Shown here one piece after another: positions 30,411 through 43,939 of a stretch of 64,000 nucleotides of DNA; within the stretch, counting starts at the first letter, position 1; each line of letters opens with the position of its first letter. Below the pieces are notes generated by a model. The model was not told the origin of the DNA. It worked only from the letters and a program-made list of their open reading frames with translations, and made no database searches. Source of the stretch: Eledone cirrhosa (taxonomy: Eukaryota); NCBI GenBank assembly GCA_964016885.1, contig OZ024741.1, positions 265,546,001 to 265,610,000 on the forward strand. The letters are read 5' to 3'. Position numbers and translations under genes: made by a program.

Positions 30411-30540
30411 TTTCTTAAAACCAGCTAAAGTCCTCTGTGTATATCCAATTTAGATAGTCTCCCTATTGCCGGTGTTATGATAAAATGTTGACTTAGCCTG
30501 TAATGGCACGTCCGACATAGAAAAATGGTGATGATAATAA

Positions 30541-30675
<135 letters not shown>

Positions 30676-31435
30676 TGAGTAAAGTAATAAGGGTTTCTAA
30701 CATAGGAACAAGACCACAAGTTTGAAGGAAGGCTAAACTTTGATTATATGCCCCCCTCCCCTCAGTATTTAACTGGTACTTGATACTGAAATAATGGTTT
30801 CTAACATTAGCACAAGGCCAGCAACTTAGGAGAAGGGAAAGGTGATTATATTGACCCCAGTACTTGACTGGTACTTTATTTTATGAACAAATGATACTGA
30901 AATAATTGTTTCTACTTTTGGCACAAGGCCAGCAATTACCCAGTGCATTACTGGTACTTTATTTTATCGACCTCGTAAGGATTTGAACTCAGAATGGCAA
31001 GGACTGTAACTCTATGCGTCAAAGCATGGTGCCCGACCCTCTACCGATACTGCCAATCCATGGTTTCTAATATAAGCACAAGGCTGGTAATTTAGGGGAA
31101 GGGAAAGTTGATTATATTGACTCCTCAATACGTTACTGGTACTTTATTTTTTGACCCCGGACTGATGAAAGACAAAGTTCACCTCGGCAAGATTTAAACT
31201 CAGAACATAAAGAGCAGGAACAAATACTGTTAAACATTTTTCCGATGCTCTACCAACTCTGCCAATCCACTGTTCTGTTGCTATACTCACCAGAAGGTGA
31301 GTATAGCAATAACAGGAGTTACGGTCCCTTTGGCATCTAGTGTTTAACCAAGGAGAGGAGGACAGTGCCCATAATTGTCTTCAGGACCTTCAAGAATGGT
31401 GGGAGGGTTAAGGAAGGAAGGTATCCTCAAATTGT

Positions 31436-31820
31436 GTGAGAGGAATGATGGGAGTAGAGCCAGTGGTGAATGTTGTGAAGAGAAATGGAATGAGATGGTT
31501 GGGTCATGTGTTGAGGAAGGATGAAAGTGATTGGGTGAGAGGAGTGATGGGAGTAGAGCCAGTGATGGATGTTGTGAAGAGAAATGGAATGAGATTGTTG
31601 GGTCATGTGTTGAGGAAGGATGAAAGTGACTGGGTGAGAGGAATGATGGGAGTAGAGCCAGTGGTGAATGTTGTGAAGAGAAATGGAATGAGATGGTTGG
31701 GTCATGTGTTGAGGAAGGATGAAAGTGATTGGGTGAGAGGAGTGATGGGAGTAGAGCCAGTGATGGATGTTGTGAAGAGAAATGGAATGAGATGGTTGGG
31801 TCATGTGTTGAGGAAGGAGA
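31436..31820 (+). repeat. 99-bp tandem repeat (about 4 units) of an RTE C-terminal coding segment
   Basis: 33-aa unit containing MRWLGHVLRK; single-copy relative at about 21030-21135. Confidence 0.85.
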
Positions 31821-31942
31821 AGAGTGACAGAAATATATGTAGAAGTAAGGTAGAGGATTTGGAAGATGATGAAAGACATGACTGTGGAGAAGTAGTGAAT
31901 TAGAAAGATTCATAGATATTTCCTTTCAATGTAATTATTCAG

Positions 31943-32003
31943 ATCCCTGGAATATACCATCCATGACCATGAACTGAGAGATACCAGGAAGAAGTTGGAC
32001 GAG
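31943..32003 (+). CDS. SMC3: SMC3 exon 9 (RSLEYTIHDHELRDTRKKLDE)
   Basis: attcag / GTGAGG, in frame. Confidence 0.95.
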
Positions 32004-32135
32004 GTGAGGGTCACACACCTATTTATTTTGCTATTGTTTGTCATAAAAAACACGTGTCTCCATTAGCTACACATGTGTGTGTGTTTCCTCTGATATATTT
32101 TATTTATTGATTTAAAACAATTTTTTTTTAATCAG

Positions 32136-32216
32136 TTGCAAGAAAAAAGAGAAAACAGCGGAAAGATCAGTCAGAAATTGCGGGACAATCAACAACAAGC
32201 TAATGATCAAGTAAAA
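32136..32216 (+). CDS. SMC3: SMC3 exon 10 (LQEKRENSGKISQKLRDNQQQANDQVK)
   Basis: aatcag / GTAAGT, coiled coil, in frame. Confidence 0.93.
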
Positions 32217-33181
32217 GTAAGTCGGCACCACTTCTTCTATTGCACCTTTGATTGCATTGTTGCACAATTGTTTAATTTATTGTTAATGTGTGTATGTGTA
32301 ATACAGGTGTGTGCACATGTATTACATTATGTTGGAAGATTTTAATAGGAACCCTTTAAAATGGATGGTTTGGTTTTATAGAATCAGAACTGGATTTGGT
32401 CAGGTTGGTATTAAAAGTCATAATCATTATCACCGTTTAACATCTAGTTTCCATGCTTGCATGGGTTAGACATGTTGTCACATACTGAGGCTTGGCTCTC
32501 CTAAAGTAAACCACTTTACAGCTTATACTGGGAGCATTTTATCACGATTCCAACACTACCACTTTACATGGTGGACTGGGTGTTTGTCATATCACCAGCA
32601 CTCTATAGTGTAGACTGGATGCTTTTTATTGTGGTACCACTATCACCTTACAGGGTGGACAGGGTGTTTGTCATAGCACCAGCACTCTATAGTGTAGACT
32701 GGATGCTTTTTATTGTGGTACCACTATCACCTTACAGGGTGGACAGGGTGTTTGTCATAGCACTAGCACTCTATAGTGCAGACTGGATGCTTTTTATTGT
32801 GGTACTTAATGGGGTGGATTGAGTGCTTTTCATCATGGCACCAGCAATGTGGACAGGGTGCTTTTCATCGTGACACCAGCTCTACCACCTTACAGTGTGG
32901 TCTTGGTGCTTTTTATTGTGGTAGCTGTATTACTACCTTACAGGGTGGACTGTGTGCTTTTTATCATAGCACCAGGACTCCCACCTTACAGAGCAGACTG
33001 GGTTCTTTTTGTTGTGGCACCAACACTATCTCATTTGAGTATTAGGGTACCAAGTATGTTAGACTAGGGAGGCATTGATGGCAGAGAGGGGGGGGGGAGT
33101 GGGTATAAAAGTATGAAATATATTTTACTGTACTTCTATCTGTTGTTTATTCCCCCTGCTCTGTCCGCTTTGTATTTGTAG

Positions 33182-33346
33182 TCGATCAACAAAGACCTGC
33201 GTGATTTGAAGTCTCGTATGCAGAGTATCTTGGAAGAGAAGGAAACATTATCTCACGAGCACCAGGACCTTATGAAGAAGAAGGCCAAACTGGAGCTCAC
33301 CATCAAAGACATAATGGAAGATATTGAAGGCGAGAAAAAACTAAAG
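33182..33346 (+). CDS. SMC3: SMC3 exon 11 (SINKDLRDLKSRMQ...IEGEKKLK)
   Basis: ttgtag / GTTAGT, 165 nt, coiled coil. Confidence 0.93.
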
Positions 33347-33869
33347 GTTAGTTACTCAGTCATTCGTATTTCCTTGTCATTGCTTTTACTTCTGTTTTTC
33401 CAGAGTCGTAGAACATCATCATCATGACCACCACCACCACCACCACCACCATATGTCTGTTTGAAACATTGATTTAATGTTCCCTCTGAAACATAACTTA
33501 TCAAAAGTTTTTAGGGAAAATTATGATGGGTAGTTTAAATTTAAATTATGAATACTTTAAAACATGTTTTTGTGTTGTAGAATGAGAGGAGGTTTTGAGT
33601 GGTTTGGTATTGAAAGGGTTAGTATTCCAGCCTACCTTAGTACAAACAGTTACCACCAGATGACAATACTTACTGGGGGTCAACTGCTGGAATATTGTAA
33701 CATTGACAAATCTTTTATGAAATTGTTTTATTTAGTTGTTTTGCCTTATCTGTTGTGAAGGTGTGTGGTAAGGTTGCTGGATTCTTGAACCTGGTGGTGC
33801 TTTGTGTTCTTGAGCAAGATGCTTCATTTCACGTTGCTTTTCAAGATAAGAGTGAAGCCTCTATCATTA

Positions 33870-34600
33870 AAAGACTCAAGAAACCTCCTATGAGACATAA
33901 CTTCATAGGAGGCCAGCTAAAAATGCAGACGTGTGAGTTATAACAACATGATAGAGCTGAAGCCCCTATCATTAAAACACCTAAGAATCCTATGAGATAC
34001 AACCTTGTAGGAGGCCAGCTAAACCTACATATGTATGAGCTGTAACAACAGCATGATAGAGCTGGGGTCTCCCAAGAAACCTATGAGATACAACTCCATA
34101 TGAGACCAGCTAAACCTACATAGGTGTAAGCTGTAACAACATAATAGAGCTATAACCTCTATCATTATCCTATCCTCAGTCGTCGAGTGGGATGCCCTAC
34201 AGATTCCACATGCCACCATTCGCCACAGTCATTCATGATGGTCTTCAGTTCCGCTACTGTCTCTGACTTTGTGTCTTCTATCAAAGTGTCCACATAGGTA
34301 ATTTTTCTCATTCCTCGGTAAGTTGTCTGAGCAATGATCTATCATTAAAACACCCATTACATACAACCTTGTAGGAAGCCAGCTATACCTACATAAGTGT
34401 GAGCTGTAACATCAACATGATAGGGCTGGGGTCTTATCATTAAAACACAAGAAACCTCCTATGAAATACAACCTTGTAGGAAACCAGCTAAACCTACATA
34501 GGTGAGAACTATAACAACATAATAGAAATGGGGCTTTTATAATTAAAACACCCAAGATACAACCTCATAATAAGCCGGCTAAACTTGTATAGGTGTGAGT
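33870..34600 (+). repeat. Diverged tandem repeat (about 90-100 bp) derived from a SINE body
   Basis: units match 13081-13180 (ctatcattaaa...ggaggccagctaaacct). Confidence 0.7.
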
Positions 34601-34641
34601 TGTAAATTTCATTTCATTTTTATCATTTTCATCTGTTTTAG

Positions 34642-34763
34642 AAAAAAACAGAAGATGACCTGCGCAAGATCGACGAGAAAATAACTCGTGGTGAAGGTGC
34701 CCTTGAAAATATCATCCCGATGTATGAGGCACAGAAAAATCGCGAGGAAAATGCAGCTCAACA
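34642..34763 (+). CDS. SMC3: SMC3 exon 12 (KKTEDDLRKIDEKI...NREENAAQ)
   Basis: ttttag / GTAAGT, in frame. Confidence 0.92.
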
Positions 34764-35387
34764 GTAAGTCTTGTTTTTATATTAAAAACAATTTAATTCT
34801 TAATGTCCTGTAATAATTTAGCAGAAAATTAGTTGAGTTGTTAGAACATCTGATAGAATGCTTTGCGGTGTTCATCCTGGCTCTCTTTCTCAGTTCAGAT
34901 CTCACCAAGGTCAACTTCGCCTTTCATCCTTTTGTGGTTGATAAAAAAAAAAAAGTATCAGCCCCGTACTGTGGCCAATTCTTCCTCACTTTCTCTTTCT
35001 CACTCTCTATCCTTCTCTGGAAGGAATCTGCTATGTTCAGACCTGCAGAGGAGACGAGCTTCACCAGGCTTAGAAAATGCACAAGAAATGCTTTATGTCA
35101 CTATGGTGCCCCATTGACTCTGTCAGGAGTTATGGGACCATACCATCTAAAAATAGGTCTGTTAATTCAAATGTTTATAGTATCTTTATTAGTGGACAGA
35201 TTGATGTGAAAGTTTACAGTGTTAGAGTAAAGACTTTAATTTTCAATATGATGCAGTTATAGTGCTGTGTAATACTTTCCAAGAATATCTTGCTAATGCT
35301 GTTTGTTTCATGTGGTACAGGATGTTAAGATTTATTTCTACTACTTTATTCTGTTGTTTTTGTTACAGCTTTGTGACTTTTTATTGA

Positions 35388-35573
<186 letters not shown>

Positions 35574-36871
35574 TAAAAAAACATTGTTTTTTTTTAATTG
35601 CTATATTTGTCAAAGTTTTTTCGTCACACCCTGTGACTTTTTCATTGACTCTTTTGGCTTTTCTGTGTCTCCTCTTTGTTTATCATCTTCTTCTGTTTAC
35701 TCCCTCTTGTCTAGATAAAGTAAATAGAACAAGATCAGAGACACAGAGGAGCAAGAATAGTTATTGGAGTAGCAGGGGTTATATGAGTTGTTGTTACTGA
35801 CCTCTCAGATAAGGTTGGGAGGAGAGGTGTGGGGCACCTCACCTACATACGTTCCTGCACTCCACAGAAGGCGGTGACAACATTTTAATGTGACACCTGT
35901 ACAAGGGAGGTTGTCATATCTTTAACACAATTAAAGTATTCTTGCAACCCTTTGTTTGGCAAGTTTTCTCCAGACGGACACTTGGACGCTCTTCCTATAT
36001 CAAACCACTTTACAGAGTGTACTTGGTGCGTTTATCATGTCACCAAAACTAGAAAAGATGTTGTGCTGTTGACATAATTGAAGAGTCCTTGTGAGTGACA
36101 TGTAAACGGTAGTAACTATAAAGAAACCTGTTGTATGTGTGCGTGTATTTCCATCATTGGTGTTAGGAAGGGCATCCCGCCATAGAAAACCTGCCAGATA
36201 GTCCTATACGAGTGAGACACGGTCACCTGACCAACCTTGCCTCAAATTGGGACAACTCCCATCTAACCCATGCTAGCGTGGAAGATGGACGTTAAACGAT
36301 GATGATGATGATGATGACGATCATCATCATCAGCACTGTTTTACGTCCATTTTTCCACGCTGGCATGGGTTAGACGAGTTGTCCTGTTGTGGGCACTGCC
36401 AGGTCAGGTCACCATGTCTTGTTCATAAAGTACTAATTTTGGCCTCATTTTTACATTTACAGCTGGATGCTGCTCCTTGTCTGTGTTTATGTTTGATATC
36501 TGTATATGTTCTATAACTTAGCAGTTTGACAAAAAAAGATTGATAAAATAAATATCACACTTGAAAAACACTAAAGTACAGGAGTTCAATATGATAAATA
36601 ACTATTGAAATTTTATTTTTGTTATTTTATCCCGCCCCCTTTTTTCTTTTAGTTTTTAGTTTTTTTTAATTACTTATCTCACTAGCTCTTTTTGATTACC
36701 AACTGTAAGGAGTACTTGATACTTCCTCTAGTCTGTCATGGCTTACTAGCTCTATACGGATGTTTAAATTGAATAGATAAATAAATTGTAGATTTGATTC
36801 CAAATATCACTTGCTAGTCTAACATTTTAACTGTTAAGTTTTGTTTTAATAAAATCTCTCTCTACTTTTAG

Positions 36872-36940
36872 ATCCGTCGTTTGGAAGATGATTTAGAAGG
36901 TGACAGGAAAAAAGCTTCGGAGCTCGATGTGAAAGTTAAG
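36872..36940 (+). CDS. SMC3: SMC3 exon 14 (IRRLEDDLEGDRKKASELDVKVK)
   Basis: ttttag / GTAATC, phase 0-0. Confidence 0.9.
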
Positions 36941-37513
36941 GTAATCTATCTTAAAACCTTTTGTCATAATTTTATATAAGAACCTTTGTTATATTATGTT
37001 CCAAATACCAGCTTGATAATGAAAAAGTTAGTTATATTACTACATCCTTTTTGAAATTATTTGAAAATCATAGGCAGTGTCTTCATTAGAAATATGGTAA
37101 TGAAAGGGTTAAAGTGTTTATATTTATCTAAAAACCTTTCATCATAATTTTATATAAGAACCTTTGTTATGCTATGTTCCATACACCAGTTTAATAATGA
37201 GAAAGTTAGTTATGTAGAAATATGGTAATGAAAGGGTTAAAGTGAATATATTTATCTAAAAAAACCTTCCATTATACATTTGAGAAAGTTTATTATATTA
37301 CTAAGTCCTGCTAAATTCTTGATTAGTTTCAAAATTATTTGAAAACCATTTTTCAATAGCTTTCATTAGAAACATGATAACGAAGGGGTTAAGATTTATA
37401 GTTTTGTATGTTAGAACCAGAGGCCCTCTCAGGCAGTTTACTATGAAAAGGGTTAAAACGTGTGATAATGTTGCTATAGCTGTATATTCATACTGTTTGT
37501 TTGTCTTCGACAG

Positions 37514-37617
37514 GAGATAACCAACAAGATTGAACAGAATAAGGAGATTATCGAGCAAAACAACAAGACATTCTTTGATATGAAGAAGAAAAAAGACCAG
37601 TCTCAGAACGATCGCAA
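37514..37617 (+). CDS. SMC3: SMC3 exon 15 (EITNKIEQNKEII...KKKDQSQNDR)
   Basis: cgacag / GTGAGT, in frame. Confidence 0.92.
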
Positions 37618-37689
37618 GTGAGTAACATATCTTCACTAGAGTGTTACCTATTATATAAAGATTTATAAAGGGTTTAAGTCTATTCCAAG

Positions 37690-38285
37690 CCCAGAACCTC
37701 ATCAGGTCAGAACTTAATCTGATTTCATTCGTGTTAAGTGACAGAGTACACGACATCCTCCCTGGACATGACACCACTCTATTGTAGAGTTCATCTGTAC
37801 TTTACCCAGAGCCTCATCAGATCAGTACTTACTCTGGTGTCATTGGTGTTAATAACTGAGTACAAGACATATCTCTGGACAGGACACCAGTCTGTCACAG
37901 AGTTAAAGTATGTCTCAAGGCCTAGAGGCTCATCAGGTTAGAGCTTATCTTGGTTTTATTGGTGTTAAGTGACTAAGAATAGAAGACATACCTCTGGAAA
38001 TGACACCAGTCTGTTCCAAAACCTGAGGCTCATCAGGCTGGAGCTTATCTCGGTTTTATTGGAGTTAAGGGATTGAGACACTTACAAGACATACTTCTGA
38101 GGCTCATAAGGTCAGTGCTTATCCTGGTATCATTGGTGTTAAATGACTGAATACAAGACATCCCCATTGTTAAAGCACCAGCCCATCACCTCATGCTTTT
38201 ATTGGTGGTAAGTGATCGAGAATACAAGCCCCCCCCCCCTCTCTCCCTGATGAATAGGACACCAGTCTATTGCAGGGTTAAATAA
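37690..38285 (-). repeat. Diverged tandem repeat of a SINE central-domain-like segment
   Basis: repeated ctcatcaggtcagagcttatc...ggacaccagtc units. Confidence 0.6.
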
Positions 38286-38381
38286 AGTTTGTCCCAAACT
38301 CAGAAATGTATGGGTTTGACACATTGATGTACACACACAAGTACACTTACTTATAATGTTTCTATTGGTTTGTCTCATCAG

Positions 38382-38481
38382 TTCTTTGTGGCGGCAAGAG
38401 AATATCCTTCAACAAGAACTTCAGTCTGCACGAGAAGACCTTAACAAGAAAGAGCAAGCTCTGAGGTCCATAACTGGCAAG
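38382..38481 (+). CDS. SMC3: SMC3 exon 16 (SLWRQENILQQELQSAREDLNKKEQALRSITGK)
   Basis: catcag / GTAACT, in frame. Confidence 0.94.
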
Positions 38482-39472
38482 GTAACTCTTACTTTTCTAT
38501 AGCTTTGTATATTCCTATCTTGTCATCTTTCTCTCTCTCTTTGTCTATATAAAATACATCCAGTACACTCTGTAACGTGGTTGGAAAGATTGGGTTTGAG
38601 GTTCCAGACCAAGACTACATCCACTCCCTACCAACCTGCACTGGGCCAGTGTGGCCCACTCACCATGTTACATGCCACAACTTCAATTTAAATGTCAGCA
38701 ATCCTTCTCAGAAGATGAAGGAAGAGGATAGGGTATGTTCTCAGAGGAGAGTAAGATAGCATCCCAAGAACAGCCCTTCACTGGACATCAAAAACGAGGA
38801 TGGTCAAAGAACACTTGGCACAGAACAGTTGAGGGAGATATGAAGACCTGTCAATACACATAGAATACCATCCAGAAGCTGGCCCAGGAGTGGAGGACCC
38901 TTGTTGCTGCCCTGCATGTCAGTGGGCATAATGGGCTGTAGTAGTATGGTAAAAATACTTGCTCAAGATGTCACGCTTTGGGATTGAATCTGGGAATTAA
39001 TGATTGGGACGTAAAATTTCTTAACTACTCAGCCATGGTTGCATCTACTTTTCTATACATGAAACCCAATGTCTGTCAGTCACAGATTTTGTGGAAGAGT
39101 TACCATATAAGTTTAGGAATATGTCACCAAAAAACAAGTCAATGGTAGAAAGTGGGGATGGCTTATATTTGGGGTCAATGTTTTTAGGATTTTCACTAAC
39201 TTCAAATTCTATGTAAATAAGGTTTGAATTTTTGTCCATTTCTCAGACATAAAATAGTGGGGTCGGCCTATATTCAAGTATATACGGTAATATACTTCTG
39301 TTTCTGTTATATGAGTGTATCAGCTACCAGAAATCGTGTATCACTGGTCAGTTTTTACAGAAGACGTAAAACATTGCTGTGGCTGGTATCTCATGAAAAA
39401 CAATATGAAATGAAATGTCTTGCTCAAGAATTGAACCCATAGCCTTATGATTTTGAGCCTAACACACTAACC

Positions 39473-40088
39473 CAGTAGTTCCCAAACCATGCCCTGCGAG
39501 GTGTAACTAGATGCTCCACAAAAGACTAAGATTAACCCTTTAGTAACCGGTCAGAATTCTCTCACCTCTTCATGTTCAAACCGGCTGTAACCGGCCGCTC
39601 ATACTAATGTTAAGGTTTTGTTCTCAAAATAAATAATATAAAAATCTCATAGATTCGAAATCATGTGAACCTTTACCACAAAAATATAATAGTAGATATA
39701 GAGTAATGTAAATGTTAAAGGATTCATTTTTAAGATGTGAAAAATACTAACTGAAATTTGTAGTAAAGTTCCTATATAGTTGTCAAAGTGTCAAACAAGT
39801 AAAGTTTAGTAACAAAATTTGTGAAAAATAGCACAAACTGTCAAAGGTGGTTTGTGTGTTCAGTTTATTTTGGCTAATTATGGTTTAAATTTTGTGTTTT
39901 AAATTTCATAAGAATCTATAGTTGGCCAGTGGGGTGAGGTTCTAGAGCCTTTTAACACTATGTTATGTGTTATGCTAATATATATGAAAAACTCTTTTGA
40001 ATAAATTTTCGAATTTATGGTACAAAATGCAGCAGCATATTACTTTTTCACAGGTGTGATGTGAATAAAAAAAGTTTGGGAACCACTG
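39473..40088. mobile_element. hAT-like MITE carrying a nested piggyBac-like MITE
   Basis: TIRs CAGTAGTTCCCAAAC / GTTTGGGAACCACTG; imperfect flanking duplication ending taacc. Confidence 0.65.
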
Positions 40089-40111
40089 GCTTAACCACTA
40101 AGCCATGCACC

Positions 40112-40326
40112 TTAACCCTTTAGCATTTACATTACTCTATATTTACTATATATTTTCACAGCAAAGGCTTTGCCTCACATTATATTGAATCTATGAGATT
40201 TTGATCTTATTTATTTTGAGAACAATACCTTAACATCAGTATGAGTGGCTGGTTACAGACGGTTTGAACAGAAAGAGGTGAGAGAATTCTGGCCGGATAC
40301 GGCTGGTTTAAATGCTAAAGAGTTAA
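40112..40326. mobile_element. piggyBac-like MITE family B (about 210 bp; copies near 5945, 20185, 39532, 59975, 60965)
   Basis: TTAA-ccctttagcattta ... taaatgctaaagag-TTAA. Confidence 0.7.
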
Positions 40327-40416
40327 CTTGGTATGAATATAAAGACAAAATGGGTACATTACATATGATACTACTGACTCTCTCCCTTCTCTCTCTCTCT
40401 CTCTCTCTCTCTCTAG

Positions 40417-40577
40417 GCAATCCTGAATGGTATGGACGCTGTCCAGAAAGTTCTAGACGCTTTCAAAGCTCAAGGCAAATACACTGACCTGATTAATGGC
40501 TATTATGGTGTGCTCATTGAGAACTTTGATTGTGACAAGACATTTTTCACCTGCGTCGAGGTGACAGCGGGTAACAG
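40417..40577 (+). CDS. SMC3: SMC3 exon 17, start of hinge (AILNGMDAVQKVL...TCVEVTAGN)
   Basis: (CT)n-ag / GTATGT; hinge motif GYYG...VEVTAGNR. Confidence 0.96.
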
Positions 40578-40939
40578 GTATGTTCTCTCTCTCTCTCTTT
40601 AGTGTTAATGTTATAGTTACTGTTTTTCCTCCACCAACACCACAACAACCTACACCACCACCATTGCCACAGCAAGCAACACCAACACCACTACATAAAC
40701 ACACATCTATTACATCTACACACACATCTACACCTGACTAATCGTGTGTTTCTACCTAGAAAGTTCTTCTCCAAAGCACAGTTCTGGACAGGAGGTTTGT
40801 GTGGACATCTAGCAGTCATCCAAACATACCAGTCTCTCTTCTCACGATGACACCAATGTTGTTGAAGGGAATGGCAAAGGCCAATACAGCTTGGCACTAG
40901 TCTTGTTACAGATTATACTATATATACATTATACACCCA

Positions 40940-40976
<37 letters not shown>

Positions 40977-41054
40977 GCAAAAGGGAAGGTAAAGGCTGAT
41001 ACAACTTGGCACCAGTGAAATCATAACTTGTGTATATACTATATATATTATATA

Positions 41055-41590
41055 CTAGCAGTGGTACCCGGCATTGCACGGGATAAGGTATTTTGGAGTG
41101 CGGGCTGCTAACAGACCTAATCATGGAAAAACTGCATGCCTGGTCAATATGTAAAGAAAATAAACCGAATACTTTGATAGCTGGATAATCTTTAAGATTT
41201 TCCTCGATGAAGCAGGAAAAATGCAGGTTTTCACCTAATGCATATGTGCATAATATGCCTTGAAATTTCAGGAAAATCGGCTAGACTTAATGCCTCCAAA
41301 AAGCCCTAAAAAGCTTAAGAAAGGAAGTTTTTCACTTAATGCGGGCCCTAGGCCATAAAAAAGTTGGATTTACTTTGCTCACGGTATGAAGAAGAGACTG
41401 ACTAATACATAGTTACAATTTCAAGGAAATCGGTCTGACGTAACGCTTCAAAATACCCCTAAAAAGCTGAAAAAAAAACGCAGTTTTTCACCTAATGCGG
41501 GCCCTACAGAATCAACATTTTTTTATGTTCATAACACTCCCTAAAACATAAGTAATACATATGTAAAGTTTGAAAAAAATCGATTGGAAG
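41055..41590 (-). mobile_element. Helitron 3' fragment
   Basis: reverse-complement homologue of 44790-45210 including the hairpin and CTAG end. Confidence 0.7.
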
Positions 41591-41750
41591 AGTGGGTGCT
41601 GACTGGATAGTGTGTTTGGGTGGATGTTAGGATTTAGGATAGGTGCATGTGATCCTGGATACAGGAGCAGTAGGGTATATAGAAGTAGGGTGGGGTGGGA
41701 GCTCAGTGATCCATGGATGGGTCAGGTTAGGTTAAGTTATTTGTGATCAC

Positions 41751-41985
41751 CCTTATAGTTGGGTATATTGATATTTCATGTAATATATATACACAATATA
41801 CCCTATAGTTGGGTATATTGCTATTTCATGTAATATATATACACAATATACCCTATAGTTGGGTATATTGCTATTTCATGTGATATATATACACAATATA
41901 CCCTATAGTTGGGTATATTGATATTTCATGTGATATATATACACAATATACCCTATAGTTGGGTATATTGCTATTTCATGTGATA
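41751..41985. repeat. 50-bp minisatellite (resumes at 42559 and 45211)
   Basis: unit ccctatagttgggtatattgctatttcatgtaatatatatacacaatata. Confidence 0.9.
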
Positions 41986-42604
41986 TAGGGCGATCAAAAT
42001 TGATGGAAGTTACGAAGTAGGTAGACCCAGAAAAACCTGGGACGATTTGATAAATTCCGACCTTACACACTTACACCTCTCTAAGACACTGTCACTGGAC
42101 CGAGATCATTGGCGCTACGCAGTAATACAGAAAACCTGCCTTGCCTAAGTACAAAGCGAAACCTACAGTCAGTAGGCACCTCTTAACCAAATATACACCT
42201 CACCCCACTACCCCCACTCCTCCCCACCCCCACTCCCACCAACACCACCCTTTCTCTGTAAAGTTATGTTGGTACCACAACACCCAGTCCAAACTAATGA
42301 GGTCGTGTAGGTGTCACGACAAAAAAAAACACAGTCCTCTGTAATGTGGCCGTGTAGGTAACACGGGAAAAAGCTCCCAGTCCACACTGTAAACGTGGTT
42401 GGTGTTAGGAGGGCATCCAGCTGTAGAAAACCTGCCAGACAGTCTTATATGAGCAAGACATGGTCACCCGACCAATCTCGCCTTAAGTGGGACAATTCCC
42501 GCCTAAACCCATCCTAGCGTGGAAGATGGACGTTAAACATTGATGATGATGATGATGATACTATAGTTGGGTATATTGCTATTTCATGTGATATATATTC
42601 ACAA

Positions 42605-42970
42605 TCTCCTTATAATATATAACCAGCAATTTCTCTGTCTGTCTGTCCGACAGTGGAAACACGTGCGCGCGTGCGAATGTTTTTTGCGCACGCGACGCGT
42701 AGAGAGAGAGTGAGAGTGAAAGAAAGAGACAGACTACAAGAGGGGGATAGCGGGAGGGAGAGAGGGGGGGGGAATTGAGGAGTGCTACAGAAACATATAT
42801 ACATTTCTGTGTGTGTGTAATATATATATATATACACACAGAAATATATATACATTTCTGTGTGTGTAATATATATATACACACAGAAATATATATACAT
42901 TTCTGTGTGTGTAATATATATATATATATATATACACACACAGAAATATATATATACATTTCTGTGTGTG

Positions 42971-43013
<43 letters not shown>

Positions 43014-43779
43014 AATATATATACATTTCTGTGTGTGTAATATATATATATTTCCGTGTGTGTATATATATATATATTACACACACAGAAATGTATATAT
43101 ATATACACACAGAAATATATATACATCCCTTAGCTACTGTACTGAATCTGTTGCTATCTCTCTCTCTCTCCAGCTATCCCTCTCTTTTAGTCTGTCTGTT
43201 TCTCTCACTCTCACTCTTTCTCTTTGTAACACACTAACATTGCTCCCCTCTATCGCTGTGACGAATGGGGAGATGGAGGAGGAAGAGAGAGTCACTTCAT
43301 CACTTCACCTCTGCCTTTCTTTCTCTCCCCTCTCACTCCCTCATTACATACAGACATTAGGGCGGTGGATTGGCAGAATCTGTAGAGAGTCGGACACCAT
43401 GCTTCATAGCATGGAGTTACGTCCCTTTACGGTCTGAGTTCAAATACCGCCGAGGTTAACTTTGCCTTTCTTCCTCACGGGGTCGATAAAATAAAGTACC
43501 AGTAATGTACTGGGTAATTGCTGGCCTTGTGCCAAAAGTAGAAACAATTATTAGAAACATTGCTTCATTTTTACATATCTAAGCATTAGTAAAATAACTA
43601 ATAATTTCAAAAGTAATTTTTCAATTCCAATTGTTATGAACAGCAAAACATTAATAATAATTTTATTCTAAGAAATATATATACATTTCTGTGTGTGTAA
43701 TATATATATATATACACACACAGAAATATATATACATTTCTGTGTGTGTAATATATATATATACATTTCTGTGTGTGTA

Positions 43780-43818
<39 letters not shown>

Positions 43819-43844
43819 GAAATATATATACATTTCTGTGTGTG

Positions 43845-43887
<43 letters not shown>

Positions 43888-43905
43888 GAAATATATGGGC
43901 ATTTC

Positions 43906-43939
<34 letters not shown>

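Noticed and set aside
37690-38120. Tandem CTGATGAG (minus strand) as a multimeric hammerhead array
   Set aside because: No stem II followed by GAAA; the units resemble an amplified SINE central domain
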